From positions 352,378-416,377 of the forward strand of contig CAVRAL010000001.1 of NCBI GenBank assembly GCA_963719085.1: DNA of 64,000 bases, written 5' to 3'. Numbering within the stretch: the first letter of the stretch is position 1; every line of letters starts with the position of its first letter. Of this stretch, positions 50,667 to 60,536 are shown in pieces. Source of the stretch: a candidate division FCPU426 bacterium (GTDB lineage Bacteria; Oederibacteriota; Muellerivitia; Muellerivitales; Muellerivitaceae). Below the pieces are notes generated by a model. It had not been told where the DNA came from and ran no database searches. It was given only the letters and a program-made list of their open reading frames with translations. The translations under genes were made by a program, and so were the position numbers.

Positions 50667-51317
50667 ATGGATTCTCAAAAAGCAAAAGCGATCCTGCCTT
50701 GGGCTTCTCTTTCTTTCCTGTTTATTCTGGCGGTATTTTCCCACGGGGTTTGTCCTGAATTTTTTTTCCCCGCTTTTGATGGCCGCTCGATTTTGATCCT
50801 GGGAGCCCTGGGCGTGGCGGTTTTTGGAGCGCTGGCCTTTCAAAAAAACGCCGGGATCAACCGCCGCCGCCGCGAGGCCTCGCGTTTGATCCAGGCCTTG
50901 CGCGGGAAACGCGCCCCCTTGGGCGAGCCTACGGAAAACGAGGTGATCTTGGCGGGCCGGGTGGTTTCCCGTTTGACGCGCAACGCGGACGAGGACCTTC
51001 GCGAGATCAATCCTGATTTTTCCCTCGCCTCGCTCCACCGCTTGATTCGTTATCTTCCGCTGCTTCTGGACGAGGTGGAATGCGAGGAGGACGCCTTGAT
51101 CCGCTGGGGCGTGGTGGGGACTTATCTAGGGGAAACCCTCTGCCGCCAGGCGGGCTGGAATTGGTTTTTCAAGCCCGATCCGGCTTTGCGGCAGTTTTCC
51201 TTCCTGTCCTCGGTCCTTCAGCGAGGTCCCGGCCGGGAACTGGACCCTTACGCTTGGGCCGCCGATTTATTCGACCGCCGGCGGGGTTTGGCCGGCTTGT
51301 TGGACGAGGTGAAATAG
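50667..51317 (+). CDS. hypothetical membrane-anchored protein (216 aa, 2 TM + cytoplasmic domain)
   Basis: SD GGAG; clean ORF; 1-nt overlap (TAGTG) with next gene. Confidence 0.55.
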   Translation: MDSQKAKAILPWASLSFLFILAVFSHGVCPEFFFPAFDGRSILILGALGVAVFGALAFQKNAGINRRRREASRLIQALRGKRAPLGEPTENEVILAGRVVSRLTRNADEDLREINPDFSLASLHRLIRYLPLLLDEVECEEDALIRWGVVGTYLGETLCRQAGWNWFFKPDPALRQFSFLSSVLQRGPGRELDPYAWAADLFDRRRGLAGLLDEVK

Positions 51318-52003
51318 TGGCCCGCCGCCCTCAAGGCCTTCATTTAAGCGCCCTCGGGGCCGTGGGGCTGGCCGCCTTGATTCTGGCTTTCCCTCCGGTG
51401 ATGGGCGCGGCCGATGTTTCCCGGCCCGTCATCCATATCATCTCGGCGGCGACCCCGCTTCAGATTCTCCACGACCACAGCACGGAACAAATCACGGCCA
51501 TGCGGCACTCGCGTTTTCCGGGGGCCCATATGCATAGTCCGGGAATCACGGTGGCTGAAAGCGAGATGAAGGCCGATTGTCAGTTGTCGTTCAGCCATAG
51601 GGACGGCACCCTGGTTTATAAGGTTTGGGCCACCTCCGTGACCCTGTTGTTTGATTACAGCCGGATGGATGTTTTTATTTCCAGCCAATACGGCGAGGGG
51701 AGCTGTCCCTACCAGCAGATATTGATCCACGAAAAACAACATGTGGCCATCGATGAGCGGGAATTGGAAAAATACAAAAAGCTCATGGCGGCGGCCCTTC
51801 GGCACAGCCGTCTGATCCCCAGCCGTTCCCATCCGCTCGCCGCCCGGTCGGTTGAGGAGGGTAGGGCCTTGGTGTCCCGGCGCATATTGGGGATCGTGCA
51901 TCCTTATTTCGCGGCCTATGGGCGCGCGGTGAAGGCGGAAAACGCCAAGATTGACACCTTGGCCAATTACCGCCGTGTCCAGGCCCGCTGTAACGACTGG
52001 TGA
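51317..52003 (+). CDS. secreted protein with HExxH zinc-metallopeptidase-like motif (228 aa)
   Basis: GTG start with SD GAGGTGA; signal peptide GLHLSALGAVGLAALILAFPPVMGAA; ILIHEKQHVAIDE contains HExxH; track ORF 51080 start is Arg/Gly-rich out-of-context junk. Confidence 0.55.
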   Translation: MARRPQGLHLSALGAVGLAALILAFPPVMGAADVSRPVIHIISAATPLQILHDHSTEQITAMRHSRFPGAHMHSPGITVAESEMKADCQLSFSHRDGTLVYKVWATSVTLLFDYSRMDVFISSQYGEGSCPYQQILIHEKQHVAIDERELEKYKKLMAAALRHSRLIPSRSHPLAARSVEEGRALVSRRILGIVHPYFAAYGRAVKAENAKIDTLANYRRVQARCNDW

Positions 52004-52015
52004 GACAGATAAAAC

Positions 52016-52122
52016 AAGTTTAAAAGTTAGGAACGAGAAGTTCGAAGTTGGATTCAAAAGAAAATCAAAAAGGCTCACGAAGATGGATGATCGAAACTCA
52101 TCACTCCTAACTTCTAACTGCC
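52016..52122 (+). repeat. imperfect inverted repeat with AAGTTAGG-type units
   Basis: AAGTTTAAAAGTTAGGAACGAGAAGTTCGAAGTTGG ... CACTCCTAACTTCTAACTGCC; ends 15 nt before ATG 52137. Confidence 0.45.
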
Positions 52123-52136
52123 CAAGGAAAACTTGA

Positions 52137-55100
52137 ATGAAACTAATGAAAACTTTATCCCTCTTATTTTTAGTCCTGATGGGATTCAACCCAGTCAGGG
52201 CCGCGGACTTCAATTGGCTGGCCAACGGTGATTTCAGCCACCCCGAGGCCGGGGGAACCCAAGGCTGGGTGGGGAACCTCAACCTCCAGCCGGGCCGGGA
52301 CGGCAAGCCCGCGGTCACGATGGAAAACCTCCAGGTCAATTGGACCGAGGTCAGCCAGAAGGTTCCCCTGCCCGATCCGGCCCCCCCGGCGGTTGAAATT
52401 TCCGGTTGGGTGAAGACCCAGAACGTGGTCCAAGGCGCGCAAACTTGGAACGCGGCGCGGATCAGCGTGGTCTTTTACGACAAGGCCGGCAACCGTTTGG
52501 GGGATTGGCCCCCGACCACGGCTCAAGTGATCGGCACCCACGATTGGACGCTTTATTCCCACGAGTATCCGGTTCCGCCCGGGACCGCTTGGCTGACGGT
52601 GGAGCTTTCCCTGGGCGATTGCTTGGGGAAAGCTTGGTTCAGTGATATCCAATGCTCGGTTTACGATTATGATTCCAATCGATTGGCCGCGGGGGCGAAG
52701 ACCCATCCGGCGCTCAAACCGCAGGCTTCCGGCCCCACGACCAATTGGCTCATCAACCCGGGCTTTGAGGATTTGGGCTCCCGGGATTGGAACGGCGGGC
52801 AAGTGGTCCCGGGCGGACGGCAATCGGCCCACTCGCTTTTCATCCAAAACGACGCGCCTTCCTGGAACTTGGCCGAACAAGATGTTTCCACTGGGGGACA
52901 AACGCCCAGCTCTTCCGATTCGACTTCAATGAAAGCCGGACAAACGCCCGCTTTCATCGTTTATGGCGGCTGGTTAAAAACCGAGGGCGTGGTCCCGGGA
53001 ACCGCGGACTATATGGCGGCCCGGCTCGGCGTGGATTTTAGGGACGCCTCCGGCAAACAGCTGGGCGGTTGGCAGGATTCGGTCTGCAAAATCACCGGAA
53101 CCACCGATTGGACCTATGTCGAGAAAAAATATCCCGTGCCGCCGGGAACCGCCCAAATCCATGTGGACGCGGGGCTGGGCAATTGCGTTGGAAAAGTTTG
53201 GCTGGACGACCTGCGCTTGTCGCTGCTCGATTCCGCGGGCGCGCCCCTCACCACGATCGTCAGGACCCAGCAGGTCAGCGACACTTCGGATTGGTATGCT
53301 TACACGCCTCCTACCGACCCTTCGGGCGCCGCGCTCGACCTTTCATTCCTCAATGAAAAACCGGCGGGCACCCACGGCTTTGTCACGGCCCAAGGCGGGC
53401 ACTTTAGCTTCAAGGATGGGAGCCGGATCCGCTTTTGGGGAACGGATGTGATCGGGCCCAACCTCTTCCTGGCCCACGACCAGGCCGACGCCCTGGCGCT
53501 TCGGCTTTCCAAATTGGGCGTGAACTTGGTGCGCCTGCATATGGCGGACGCCGATTGGACCGACAATAATTTTTTTGACCCCAAGGCCGACAACACCCTG
53601 TCGCTTCAACCGGCCCAGGTGGAAAAGTTCGATTATCTGGTTTCGGCGCTGAAGAAAAATGGGATCTATGTTTATCCCGATTGGATCGTGGACCGTAAAT
53701 TCCGCCCCGGGGACCATGTGCCCGATTATCAGCAATTGGAAGAAGGCGCCAAAGGCGTGATCCATTTCAGCCACCGGATCATTGAGATGAACAAGCTTTA
53801 CGCCAAACAAATCCTCACCCACCTCAATCCCTACACGGGGATGACCCTGGCCGCCGACCCGGTTTACGTGGGCAATGAAATCGTCAACGAGTCCTCGATC
53901 TTCACCAATTTCCAGGAACAAAACTATCCGCCGGCCTATTGGGCCGAGCTTCAAAAGCTTTACACCCGCTGGGGCGGCAAGGGCCAGGTGGCCCATTTCA
54001 AATTCGACTATGACAACCAAAAACTGGTCCCGACCCAAAATCCCGAGAACGCCGACGCCACCCTGAAGTTCCTGCTGGGGGAAGTGGAGGCGAGCGACCG
54101 GGAAATGAAAAAGTTCCTGAAGCTCACCAGCCCGCACGCGCTGTTGACCGGCAGCAATATGGGGTTTCCCGTGCTGGGGAATATCAAAAGCGATTCGCTG
54201 ATGGATTTTATGGATACCCACTGTTATTGGGACCACCCCCAGTATTGGAATATTGAGGGGGGCTGGGCCAACGTGGATTACGCGCCGATGAACAACAACT
54301 CCCAGCTTCAAAATCCTTTTCAAGGGTCGCTGGTCTTCAACCTTTCCCACGACGCCGTGGAAGGCAAACCCTTGATCGTCACCGAGTGGAACGATTGTTT
54401 TCCCAACGAGTACCGGATCGAGGGACCCATGCTTTTGGCCGCCTATGGATCGCTCCAGGATTGGGACGGCCTGCTTCAATTTGATTACGGGATGGAGAAG
54501 CCGGGGACGGTCAAGATGACCAATTTCGCCCTCAATACCCGGGTGGATAATGAGCCGCTTTTCCAAGCGGGCGCCTTGATCTTCCGGGAAGCCCTCTTGA
54601 AGCCCTCGGCCGTCACCGTGGTCGAGCCTTTGGCGGATTCCCAAATTTTAGCCAATGGAAGCAAAAGCCAATGGCTGTTCGACCATCCCTGGCTTCCTTA
54701 CGCGGTGAAGGTCGTGAAGCGCTTCACGGGAGCGGCGGCTGAGAAGGCCTCGGACCTGACGGCGTTGGAGCCGCTGGACCGGGAAGAGGACAAAACCGTG
54801 AACAGCTCCACGGGCGAAGAAAGCCTGGATTACGGAAAGGGGATTTTGAAAGTGGACAGCCCCCAAGCGCAAGGCTTCACGGGCGCCTTGCCGGCGGCCG
54901 GGGAAAAGACCGCCGATATGGCCGTGGCGGTGTCCCCCCGAAACCCCTGGGTTTCGGTGATGGCGGTGAGCCTGGATCAAAAACCTTTGGCCGGTTCGAA
55001 ACGATTGGTTTTATTCGCCGTGGGCCGGGCGGAAAACAGTGGTCAGGTTTTCAACGTCACCCGCAAGGCCCTGAAGAATCCGGGCCACCCGCCGGTTTTG

Positions 55101-55292
55101 ATGCAGGGCGTTTCCGCCGGGATCGCCTTGCGGCTGGATCCGGATGAAACTTACCAGGTTTTCCCCTTGGATAGCGATGGAAAGGAAGGGACGCCCTTGA
55201 AGGCGGCCCAGGTGAAGGGAATCTTGAAATTCACGATCTCGCCCAAGGATCAAACGAGCGATTATTTGGTGAGGGTCGAGGACAAAAACTAA
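52137..55292 (+). CDS. secreted multidomain glycoside hydrolase: two N-terminal CBM4/9-like modules + GH5-like (beta/alpha)8 domain + C-terminal domains
   Basis: Signal peptide; duplicated WLxNGxFE...GW...W...TxDWT modules; catalytic region with VYVGNEIVNES (GH5 NE motif); 1051 aa. Confidence 0.75.
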   Translation: MKLMKTLSLLFLVLMGFNPVRAADFNWLANGDFSHPEAGGTQGWVGNLNLQPGRDGKPAVTMENLQVNWTEVSQKVPLPDPAPPAVEISGWVKTQNVVQGAQTWNAARISVVFYDKAGNRLGDWPPTTAQVIGTHDWTLYSHEYPVPPGTAWLTVELSLGDCLGKAWFSDIQCSVYDYDSNRLAAGAKTHPALKPQASGPTTNWLINPGFEDLGSRDWNGGQVVPGGRQSAHSLFIQNDAPSWNLAEQDVSTGGQTPSSSDSTSMKAGQTPAFIVYGGWLKTEGVVPGTADYMAARLGVDFRDASGKQLGGWQDSVCKITGTTDWTYVEKKYPVPPGTAQIHVDAGLGNCVGKVWLDDLRLSLLDSAGAPLTTIVRTQQVSDTSDWYAYTPPTDPSGAALDLSFLNEKPAGTHGFVTAQGGHFSFKDGSRIRFWGTDVIGPNLFLAHDQADALALRLSKLGVNLVRLHMADADWTDNNFFDPKADNTLSLQPAQVEKFDYLVSALKKNGIYVYPDWIVDRKFRPGDHVPDYQQLEEGAKGVIHFSHRIIEMNKLYAKQILTHLNPYTGMTLAADPVYVGNEIVNESSIFTNFQEQNYPPAYWAELQKLYTRWGGKGQVAHFKFDYDNQKLVPTQNPENADATLKFLLGEVEASDREMKKFLKLTSPHALLTGSNMGFPVLGNIKSDSLMDFMDTHCYWDHPQYWNIEGGWANVDYAPMNNNSQLQNPFQGSLVFNLSHDAVEGKPLIVTEWNDCFPNEYRIEGPMLLAAYGSLQDWDGLLQFDYGMEKPGTVKMTNFALNTRVDNEPLFQAGALIFREALLKPSAVTVVEPLADSQILANGSKSQWLFDHPWLPYAVKVVKRFTGAAAEKASDLTALEPLDREEDKTVNSSTGEESLDYGKGILKVDSPQAQGFTGALPAAGEKTADMAVAVSPRNPWVSVMAVSLDQKPLAGSKRLVLFAVGRAENSGQVFNVTRKALKNPGHPPVLMQGVSAGIALRLDPDETYQVFPLDSDGKEGTPLKAAQVKGILKFTISPKDQTSDYLVRVEDKN

Positions 55293-55304
55293 GGACCGGA
55301 AAAC

Positions 55305-55514
55305 CGATTTGCCGCCCTGCCCGGGCTAACTGGGCCGAAGCAGGCGGGACATACCACGCTCAGTATCATTTTATAAATGGAGGCTGGTGCCAAGACGCCA
55401 AGAACGGCATTTGATTTTTTAAAAAAGACGAATTTAGTTGTTGGGTAAAAATGGAATTTTTACGGTTTAGTTCTATGGTTCACTTGGCGAACTTGGCGTC
55501 TTGGCGGTGAAGGG
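55305..55514 (+). repeat. family-A element, copy A9, long form with module G (55311-55384)
   Basis: TTTGCCGCC[module G]TGGTGCCAAGACGCCAAGAACGGC ... GGTTCACTTGGCGAACTTGGCGTCTTGGCGGTGAAGGGG. Confidence 0.7.
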
Positions 55515-55943
55515 GCTTTTCTTTATTTTCTTCGTGTTTTCTTGCGTCGTTCTTTTTTACGGCGGGGTTCTTTTTTTAAACTGGGGTTTTCGCTCCAGCG
55601 GCGGGCGCCGGTCCGGCGGTCTTTGGGCGCGCGGGCCACGGAAGGTGATTTTTTGAATCCTAGGGCGGCAAGTAAACCATTCAAGAAACCGGCCATGGGG
55701 CGCCTTTCGAAGGACGAATTTCAAGGATGGTAAGGCCTCAACTCCCAAACATCAATCCGGATTTGGCCCCGCTTCCATAGGCTCAAAAATGTCCATTCGT
55801 CCATTATTTGACTGTTCTGGCCTTAGGCGCGTCCGGCCCCGGCTTTTTGAAAGCGCCTTTTTATGGGGCTTTTTCCCTTGGCATTGAAAATGCACATCAC
55901 TTTAGGCGTCTTCAAAATCAGGTTGGGGAAAGCCGCTTATTCA

Positions 55944-56702
55944 ATGAAGTTCGAACGCTTATTCTTATCGCTTTTATTCATGGGGACCCTCGGTTTGGGA
56001 TGGATGACGGGCTGTACCAAACAATTAACCCCGGTCGTTCCCGCGGGTCTTCCCACCCTCCAGCCCACCGCCACACCGACCGAAACTTTTACCGCGCCCT
56101 ACCAGACCCCGACCGTTTCGGTGCCTCCCGCCGGCATTTACCTGGTGGCGGACACCCAGAACAATTTCTTTACCTACGTTAATTTAGCCGTCAATGGCGC
56201 GCCGGAAACGACCGCGACGGTCACTTTGACCACGCCCTCGGGGCCGCTTTCGCTTCCTTATTTTTCGGGGAACCCGCCGAGCGCTTTGGCGCCTTATTTC
56301 ACGAACGCGGGGGCCAATTTGCCCGGTTCGGATTACCAAGCCGGAGGGGTTTATACCTTGACCGTGGCGACTTCCATCGGAACCGTGAGCGCTTCCGTGA
56401 CGGCGCCGGGGGGATCGGTCAATTTCGCTTCGGATGGATCCCAGGTCTCCTGGGCGGTGGAAGGGGATGAGGATTACGCCACCGTCACCCGGGTTTCGCC
56501 TTACGGCACGACCTACCAGTCTTTCGCTACGGTGGAGGATGTCACGTCGCCCTTGTCGATCCCGAGCTCGGCTTATCCCACCACGGGCACCAGCTACTAT
56601 TTGACGCTTTTCGCGCAATCGACGCTTTACAACATTCCGGGGACGCAAGCCGGATCCCGTTGGACCATCACGCAGGTAACGACGGATACCCTGAGCAAAT
56701 AA
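55944..56702 (+). CDS. Thr/Pro-rich lipoprotein
   Basis: Lipobox LGWMTGC; TPTETFTAPYQTPTVSVPP low-complexity then beta-rich domain; start chosen at ATG 55944. Confidence 0.55.
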   Translation: MKFERLFLSLLFMGTLGLGWMTGCTKQLTPVVPAGLPTLQPTATPTETFTAPYQTPTVSVPPAGIYLVADTQNNFFTYVNLAVNGAPETTATVTLTTPSGPLSLPYFSGNPPSALAPYFTNAGANLPGSDYQAGGVYTLTVATSIGTVSASVTAPGGSVNFASDGSQVSWAVEGDEDYATVTRVSPYGTTYQSFATVEDVTSPLSIPSSAYPTTGTSYYLTLFAQSTLYNIPGTQAGSRWTITQVTTDTLSK

Positions 56703-56775
56703 AAGTCGCGCGGGATCCTTAACAAAAAAAAGGCTTACCGGATTCCGGTAAGCCTTTTTTGGTTAAAGTTGAAAC

Positions 56776-57162
56776 TCAGGGTTGGAGGCTGAAGGGTCCC
56801 GAACCGAAATAAGCGATGAGCAGGGCCGCGCCCAAGAGCGCCAGGTTTTTATTGAACATGATCATGTCATGCGTTTTGGCGGTAGGGTCCTTCAAGGTCC
56901 AATAGTTATGGATCAGGAAGGTGACCGGGGCCAAGAAAGCCACAATCAGCCAAGCGCCCCAACGGGCCTCGTAGCCGACGACGATGAGGAGCCCGCCGAC
57001 CAATTCCATCAATCCGGATACCAGCACCAGAAATTCGGCCGCCGGGACGCCCTTGGATTTGGCGTAACCCGCCAGCATTTTGGGCTGAGCCAAATGGCTG
57101 AAGCCGCTGGCGATGAAAAGAAAGCTGTAAAGAATTCGACCCACTAAAACCGCGATTCCCAT
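56776..57162 (-). CDS. DoxX family membrane protein
   Basis: 128 aa, 4 TM, DoxX-like. Confidence 0.7.
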   Translation of the reverse strand: MGIAVLVGRILYSFLFIASGFSHLAQPKMLAGYAKSKGVPAAEFLVLVSGLMELVGGLLIVVGYEARWGAWLIVAFLAPVTFLIHNYWTLKDPTAKTHDMIMFNKNLALLGAALLIAYFGSGPFSLQP

Positions 57163-57219
57163 AAAATCCTCCTATGAATGTTTGGCTTAAAGAAACTTCG
57201 AATTTCCGGCAAAATCGAT

Positions 57220-57254
57220 TTCACCGCCAAGACGCCAAGTGCGCCAAGTGAAGC
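57220..57254 (-). repeat. family-A solo arm in reverse orientation (copy A10), upstream of minus-strand DoxX gene
   Basis: Plus strand TCACCGCCAAGACGCCAAGTGCGCCAAGTGAAGC = rc of GCTTCACTTGGCGCACTTGGCGTCTTGGCGGTGA; orientation follows downstream gene. Confidence 0.7.
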
Positions 57255-57403
57255 AATGATTTTTTTGATTAAGGTGAAATTGTTCTTTGCTTTAGACGTT
57301 GCCTGAAATCCTTACAGGGAACATAGGCGCCTGCCGGCCCAAGTTCAACGATTTAGGCCCCGGACCGGTCGATTTTATTTTGAAATGGAAAGATAATTAC
57401 CCG

Positions 57404-58072
57404 ATGGTAACCACGAACCCCCAAACCCTTTCGTTGAAAGTAAACGAAATTTACCTGTCCCTGCAAGGCGAGTCCACCTACGCCGGGGTGCCTTGCGTGT
57501 TCGTGCGCTTGACCGGATGCCCCCTGCGCTGTGTTTGGTGCGACACCGCTTACGCCTTTTATAACGGCGAGGATATGGAGCTGGAAAAAATCGTGGACAA
57601 GGTCCGTTCCTTCGGGGTGCCGACAGTGGAATTGACCGGGGGAGAACCCTTGGCGCAGGAAGGCGCCTTCCGCTTGTTGGAGCGGTTGGTGGAAGAGGAA
57701 TTTCAGGTGTTGTTGGAAACCAGCGGCGCGGTGGACGTGGCCCGGGTGCCGAAAGCGGTGGTGAAAATCCTCGACATCAAGTGTCCCGGATCGGGCGAGG
57801 AAGGCCGCAACCTTTGGGAAAACCTCAACCACTTGGTCCAGGGCCAGGACGAGATTAAGTTTGTCCTGAAAGACCGCGCCGATTATGATTACGCCAAAGC
57901 GGTGATCCAGGAGCGGCGGCTGGTCGGCCGGTTCACCCTGCTTTTTTCCGCCGTCCATAAAAGCCTGGAGCCCCAAACTTTGGCCGAATGGATCATCGCC
58001 GACCGATTGCCCGTGAAATTCCAGCTTCAGATGCATAAAATCATTTGGCCCGGCGAGACGAAAGGCCGATGA
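57404..58072 (+). CDS. queE: 7-carboxy-7-deazaguanine synthase
   Basis: IYLSLQGESTYAGVPCVFVRLTGCPLRCVWCDTAY radical-SAM QueE signature. Confidence 0.85.
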   Translation: MVTTNPQTLSLKVNEIYLSLQGESTYAGVPCVFVRLTGCPLRCVWCDTAYAFYNGEDMELEKIVDKVRSFGVPTVELTGGEPLAQEGAFRLLERLVEEEFQVLLETSGAVDVARVPKAVVKILDIKCPGSGEEGRNLWENLNHLVQGQDEIKFVLKDRADYDYAKAVIQERRLVGRFTLLFSAVHKSLEPQTLAEWIIADRLPVKFQLQMHKIIWPGETKGR

Positions 58073-58103
58073 AATAGGTTTTTGATTTAAATGTGAGGTT
58101 ATC

Positions 58104-58790
58104 ATGAAACGCAAAGCGATTGTCCTCGTCTCCGGCGGGCTGGATTCCACCACTTGTTTGGCCATCGCCCGTTACCAGGGTTTTGAGCTTTACGCTTTGA
58201 CCCTGCATTACGGCCAGCGGCACTTGGCGGAACTGAAGGCCGCGCGCAAAGTGGCGAAGGCCTTCGGCGCGAAAAGCCATTTGGAACTCAAGGTGCCCCT
58301 GACTTCCTTCGGCGGCTCGGCCTTGACGGATAAAAAAATCAAAGTTCCCAAGTCCCGCACCTTGAAGGAAATGGCGGGGGCGATCCCGTCCACATATGTT
58401 CCGGCGCGCAACACCATTTTTCTTTCGCTGGCTTTGGCTTGGGCGGAAGTCGTGGGCGCGGAGGATGTTTTCATCGGCGTGAACGCCTTGGACTACAGCG
58501 GTTATCCCGACTGCCGCCCCGAATTCATCGAGACCTTTGAGGACTTGGCCAAACTGGCCACGCAAAAGGGAGTGGAAGGGAAATGGCGTTTCAAAATCCA
58601 CACGCCCTTGATCCGCATGAGCAAAGCCGAGATCATCAAGACCGGTAAAAAATTAAAAGTGAATTACGCCTGGACCCATTCCTGCTACGACCCAAAATCC
58701 AAGGGCCGTCCCTGCGGCCGGTGTGATTCCTGTCTTTTGCGCGCCAAGGGTTTTCAAGAGGCGGGAATCGCGGATCCGCTTTTAAAGTGA
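58104..58790 (+). CDS. queC: 7-cyano-7-deazaguanine synthase
   Basis: [22 protein letters not shown]-loop and C-terminal CxxC...C Zn motif. Confidence 0.9.
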   Translation: MKRKAIVLVSGGLDSTTCLAIARYQGFELYALTLHYGQRHLAELKAARKVAKAFGAKSHLELKVPLTSFGGSALTDKKIKVPKSRTLKEMAGAIPSTYVPARNTIFLSLALAWAEVVGAEDVFIGVNALDYSGYPDCRPEFIETFEDLAKLATQKGVEGKWRFKIHTPLIRMSKAEIIKTGKKLKVNYAWTHSCYDPKSKGRPCGRCDSCLLRAKGFQEAGIADPLLK

Positions 58791-58826
58791 TAAGAAAGGG
58801 ATTGAGAAAAAATCATTGATTTAGTC

Positions 58827-58969
58827 TGTCGTTGCGGGGAGCGAACTTTGCGACGCGGCAATCTCAGTTCGTGGGTTGTTTAGTCTTAACTCTCAAGATG
58901 TATTAAGAGGCCATAAACTGGGATTGCTTTGTCGCTTAAACCAATGAAAGACGCTCCTCGCAATGACGG
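58827..58969. repeat. MITE-like element B, copy 2
   Basis: Left TGTCGTTGCGGGGAGCGAACTTTG, right GACGCTCCTCGCAATGACGG; shared interior blocks CAGTTC-TGG-TTGT and TTGCTT-GTCGCT-A..CATGAAAGACGCTCC. Confidence 0.6.
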
Positions 58970-59270
58970 TTGACCGGCCTGTTCTGTCGCTCTTGCCGAG
59001 AGTATGGTTTCGAATTCTTTTTCCCGCCCATTTTTCGCCCGCGCCGGGTCCTAGTCCTCATCCCTAAAACAATTTTAGCCCTTTAAATAAACAGGACCGA
59101 CCCATCGGTCGCCAATGGTTGGAGGCGGGAAAATTGGGTAAAAATTGCCCAACTTTTATTTGCTGACTACTTTAGCAACCAAAAAAGGTGGCTGTTAATG
59201 CAGGTTTAACGCCATATTTCTAAATCTAATGATAACATTTAACCCTAAACAAACAGGGGGTTCCTCTACC

Positions 59271-60536
59271 ATGCCAACATCTAAAACCTTGTTACGCGTT
59301 GTCCTTGTCCTGGCTTTCGCCAGTTTGGGCCTCACCTCAACTTGGGCCGATCCCAATTTTTCAATCACGGGGGAAGGCCAACTTTCCCGCCATTTCTATG
59401 ACGCCAATACCACCGCGACGGATTTTGGAAGCTATGGCATCGGGGGAACTCTTTTGGCTGAATTTGAGCCAATCGATCTTTTTTCGATCGGTGTTGAATT
59501 AGCCGCGAATGATTACCTGGGCCTCGGCGGAGTAGGGAAGGTTGCCGCTACCACAGATATCGTTGGGCGTTTCATGCCTTTTCCGAGCAATACCATTTCC
59601 CCTTATCTATTGGGGAGCTATGGCGTGAATCCGCTTGGAGCTAATCATGTCGGGGCTTGGCCCAACAGCACGCACTTTTCTTTGGGTGCGGGCTTCCGGT
59701 ATTTCGTATTGCCTCAGTGGGCGCTCGATTTTGGCGGTGCTTATAACTATTACGATCCGTCCGCGACGCCGCTTCAAAGCATCGAACTTCACGCTGGATT
59801 GGCCTTCTTCGTGAATACGCCTTTCAAAAATTCCGACAAAATGGTTTGGGCCGGCGGCGGCGTGACAGTCATGCAGCCGGTGACCATCACCGAAACCGAC
59901 CAATCGAACCCCTCCATACAGGACATCGCCCAAAATGAGTATGGTGATCGGACCCTCTATCCCTTGATCGTCGACGCCAATTTTAAGGACAAGTCCAAAC
60001 CGCTCATCCTGCCGCCGGGCATGCAGTTGATCATTCCCCAGCATCCCAGCGATGAGATGATGGCTGACGCGCACTTGAAGGCCAAGACGCCCGTTTATAA
60101 AAACGCCGCGGATACCTTCTCCATGCCCGAGTTGGACAACATCCAGTACCGGTTGGAACCGGCGCAGTCGGATGACTCGGTGGACAATGGCCCCAAGGAC
60201 CAACTGACCTTCCAAGCCGATTCGCTTTGGGACATCGCGGCCCGGCCGGATGTTTACGGCGATCCCGAACTTTATCCGCTTTTGGTGGACGCCAATTTCG
60301 AGAAGCTTTCCGATCCCTTGCTCTTAAAGCCGGGCACCCAACTGGTGATTCCGCATGGCCTCTCAAAAGCCAAAATTCAGCAGGCCCGGATCAAGGCCTG
60401 GACCGCCGAATATATCCGCTGGCGCGGCGCGCAGGTTTCCCACGAGGAATACCGCGAGTGGCGTAAAGAAATGGGCATGCCGGCAATTGATGAGGTGACG
60501 GGTGAGGTGCTTCAACCCGGAAACTTGGGTGAATAA
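59271..60536 (+). CDS. secreted/outer-membrane protein with N-terminal beta-barrel-like domain and two LysM-like repeats
   Basis: SD AGGGGG; signal peptide; Gly/aromatic-rich alternating N-half; repeats DRTLYPLIVDANFKDKSKPLILPPGMQLIIP and DPELYPLLVDANFEKLSDPLLLKPGTQLVIP. Confidence 0.6.
   Translation: MPTSKTLLRVVLVLAFASLGLTSTWADPNFSITGEGQLSRHFYDANTTATDFGSYGIGGTLLAEFEPIDLFSIGVELAANDYLGLGGVGKVAATTDIVGRFMPFPSNTISPYLLGSYGVNPLGANHVGAWPNSTHFSLGAGFRYFVLPQWALDFGGAYNYYDPSATPLQSIELHAGLAFFVNTPFKNSDKMVWAGGGVTVMQPVTITETDQSNPSIQDIAQNEYGDRTLYPLIVDANFKDKSKPLILPPGMQLIIPQHPSDEMMADAHLKAKTPVYKNAADTFSMPELDNIQYRLEPAQSDDSVDNGPKDQLTFQADSLWDIAARPDVYGDPELYPLLVDANFEKLSDPLLLKPGTQLVIPHGLSKAKIQQARIKAWTAEYIRWRGAQVSHEEYREWRKEMGMPAIDEVTGEVLQPGNLGE

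Noticed and set aside
51080-51316. Upstream part of track ORF 51080-52003 (MRGGRLDPLGRGGDLSRGNPLPPGG...)
   Set aside because: Overlaps the well-formed 50667-51317 gene in another frame and is Arg/Gly-rich junk. GTG 51317 with SD GAGGTGA yields a proper signal peptide.
55542-55733. 63-aa Arg-rich ORF (MRRSFLRRGSFFKLGFSLQRRAPV...)
   Set aside because: TTG start without SD, composition typical of GC-rich non-coding frame. Kept only as a low-interest finding because of its position after element A9.
57255-57403. preQ1 riboswitch upstream of queE/queC
   Set aside because: Looked for a preQ1-I/II-like motif (AGAGGUUCUAG...CCCUCUAUAAAAAACUAA type); none apparent. Region instead holds the solo A10 arm.
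59000-59030. tRNA-like T-arm sequence GGTTTCGAATTC
   Set aside because: Only a partial resemblance to GGTTCGAATCC; no acceptor, D or anticodon arm can be built around it.
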